Assembly: GCA_042408215.1 (NCBI GenBank)
Contig: JAYFMW010000007.1
Coordinates: forward strand, 224,001-288,000
DNA: 64,000 bases
Source: Microcoleus sp.
GTDB taxonomy: Bacteria; Cyanobacteriota; Cyanobacteriia; Cyanobacteriales; Microcoleaceae
Direction of reading: 5' to 3'
In this document: in pieces, positions 62,281 through 64,000 of the stretch
Numbering within the stretch: position 1 is the stretch's first letter
Layout of the letters: every line of letters starts with the position of its first letter
The notes under the pieces: model-generated
Told to the model about the DNA's origin: nothing
What the model saw: the letters and a program-made list of their open reading frames with translations, nothing else
Databases searched by the model: none
Position numbers and translations under genes: made by a program

Positions 62281-63727
62281 TTGACACTCCCCGGTCTAAA
62301 GACGCGGGGATTCTTAAGGAGAAACTTTGGGGGATGAATCCGTCCAAAGTTTGATTCTTAAAGGGTTAGTCAGCAACCCCCTACCCACTCGCTGAATTAT
62401 TGAGTCTGTGGCTACTTTTGATTTGCGGATGATATTAGCTGCACCATTAACGTCTGCATTAATTAACAACCCAGTGCTAGAACGGTACAAACCTCGCTTG
62501 ATTCGCTTACCCGATGGCTGCCAATTGTCGGGTTTTTCACCGACTTTCACTGGCAACAAATCTTGGTCTAAAAAACTAGCTTTTGATGTGTAAGATTCAT
62601 CTTGTTCGACAAATCTCCATCCCCTTAAATCGCATTCTTGTTGAAGCCTATCTTTAACTTTAGCTGTCGGTATTTGGACAAAGTTCTGGTTAGTCTTACC
62701 TCCCATATTGACTTCTTGTTTCTGTCCTTTATTCCAACCAAAGACTAGGACGTTAATTTGGTGATCTTCACAATAATCTATGATGGTTCTAACTGCTTTA
62801 TTAACAGCATCTCTCATTCTTCTGGTGCGAGTTTCTGACAACTGTTGCAGTCTATGAGACGAAAAACCTTTAGGCAACTTACATTGATCATGTACTGATT
62901 GCACCCGCGCCTTTTCCTTATTAAACCATTGGTTCCAAGACTTTAATTTTTGACCATCAATAATAAATGGTTTGCCCTTACTAGAAACACAAGTTAGCCA
63001 GTTATTGATGCCGTGATCAATACCTAAAATTCCCGTTACTTCCCAGCTACAGCTAGGGGCTTGTTTGGTTAGACTTTCGTGGACAAATTCAACCCAAACC
63101 TTGCCATTTCTAGGGATTATTCGAAGTTCTTTAATCTGGCAATTCTTCAGTCTTTCCGGTAAAGTCACCCAGAGAGCCTCTGTCCCAAAGTGTTCTTTCC
63201 CTTTAGTTCCCAGAGGTAATCTCACCCGATTACCGACTATTTTCAAGGCTTGCCCAGGGTAGGTCACCTGGTACATTGCTCCCTTGGTTCTGTACTTGGG
63301 CAATCTCGGTTTTTGATTAAGTTCTCCTTTCTTGGCTAACCTTTCTAAGGCTCGGAAAGAGCTAAAGGATTCAGCAACAGACTTCAGAGATTGTTGAGCG
63401 ACTTGAGAGTAGAGTAACCCGTAATTCTCGTTGGGTTTGGCAATCTTGTACAAGTCTTGGTATTTAACCGCGCTTCGATCTTTAAAGTATCGTTGCCGAC
63501 TCTCGTAAGTTCCCACATTGAATAGATTGTTTGACCATCTCAACAGTTGCTCAACAATGGTTTTGTCGAGTCCCGTTAAATGCCAAACATCTTTTTGCAC
63601 TGCATACATTAATTTCAACCTCCTTTGATTAATTGTACTATATTTAGAAATATCTAACTGGGAGACTAAAGTCTCCCTCGCCCTTTCATCCCTGGACTAA
63701 AGTCGCAGGGTTTTCAGGGTATTTCTT
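62281..63727 (-). mobile_element. IS200/IS605 (tnpB-only) element
   Basis: Minus strand: TTAT|AAGAAATACCCTGAAAACCCTG..CAGGGATGAAA left end; GAATCCCCG..CGGGGAGTGTCAA right end. Confidence 0.85.
62314..63609 (-). CDS. tnpB: TnpB-family RNA-guided endonuclease (zinc-finger-less subtype)
   Basis: GIDHGINN, QNFVQIP, QDESYTSKASFLD, GKRIKRGLY, INADVNGAANI; GGAGG RBS. Confidence 0.92.
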   Translation of the reverse strand: MYAVQKDVWHLTGLDKTIVEQLLRWSNNLFNVGTYESRQRYFKDRSAVKYQDLYKIAKPNENYGLLYSQVAQQSLKSVAESFSSFRALERLAKKGELNQKPRLPKYRTKGAMYQVTYPGQALKIVGNRVRLPLGTKGKEHFGTEALWVTLPERLKNCQIKELRIIPRNGKVWVEFVHESLTKQAPSCSWEVTGILGIDHGINNWLTCVSSKGKPFIIDGQKLKSWNQWFNKEKARVQSVHDQCKLPKGFSSHRLQQLSETRTRRMRDAVNKAVRTIIDYCEDHQINVLVFGWNKGQKQEVNMGGKTNQNFVQIPTAKVKDRLQQECDLRGWRFVEQDESYTSKASFLDQDLLPVKVGEKPDNWQPSGKRIKRGLYRSSTGLLINADVNGAANIIRKSKVATDSIIQRVGRGLLTNPLRIKLWTDSSPKVSP

Positions 63728-63764
63728 ATAAGAGCAAACATCAGTATAAGGAGGAAGTGAAGTT

Positions 63765-63860
63765 ATGAGCGGACATGATGCTTTAATGTTAGGATTGCTG
63801 CTGTTGCCCGGTTTGGCTTTGTCGATCGCAATTATCGGCGCTTTTGCTGCTGGCGGGTAA
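63765..63860 (+). CDS. 31-aa single-TM small protein
   Basis: AAGGAGG RBS; MSGHDALMLGLLLLPGLALSIAIIGAFAAGG*; hairpin CGACAGGTT..AACCTGTCG after the stop. Confidence 0.6.
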   Translation: MSGHDALMLGLLLLPGLALSIAIIGAFAAGG

Positions 63861-64000
63861 GCAATACCGACAGGTTGAAACCTGTCGCTACAGAGTCGAA
63901 GTCCAGGCTGACTAATATTGCGATCGACTTATAAAAATTGGGCTGTCAAATCAGAATTGACGAGGGTATTTGCACACAATATTCCCGATGCTGCGACGGC

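Noticed and set aside
1..64000. tRNA or rRNA genes
   Set aside because: No cloverleaf or rRNA-like sequence recognised by eye; tRNAscan-SE and barrnap would be decisive

Overview
Window from a filamentous cyanobacterial chromosome (Oscillatoriales/Microcoleus-like by inference: dense HIP1 GCGATCGC sites, heptameric STRR tracts, FTR variable chain, PRK-like gene). Housekeeping genes (ilvD, pyrD, ftrV, Ca2+/H+ antiporter, GH57, PfkB kinase, WD40 Ser/Thr kinase, GAF sensor) surround three accessory structures. (1) A 12.5-kb Rhs polymorphic-toxin/immunity cassette (colicin-D-like tRNase, orphan papain-fold toxin, immunity array, HhH-GPD glycosylase, broken TA pair) lies inside a split tnpB gene whose halves rejoin in frame (DRDVNAS|INILKRG). 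(2) A 12.3-kb island bounded by a perfect 48-bp direct repeat sits between the N- and C-terminal parts of a Uma2 gene. It carries an unusual frameshifted two-module NRPS (Pro-like A + methyltransferase, Orn-code A, TE) with a GNAT, an SMR exporter, a PLP decarboxylase and a SET-domain protein. (3) Several IS200/IS605 elements: two full-length tnpB genes, and two protein-less derivatives upstream of ftrV, one carrying a HEARO/IscB-type omega-RNA inserted exactly at the ATGA start codon. Several pseudogenes are also present. All family calls come from motif recognition by eye; no searches were run.
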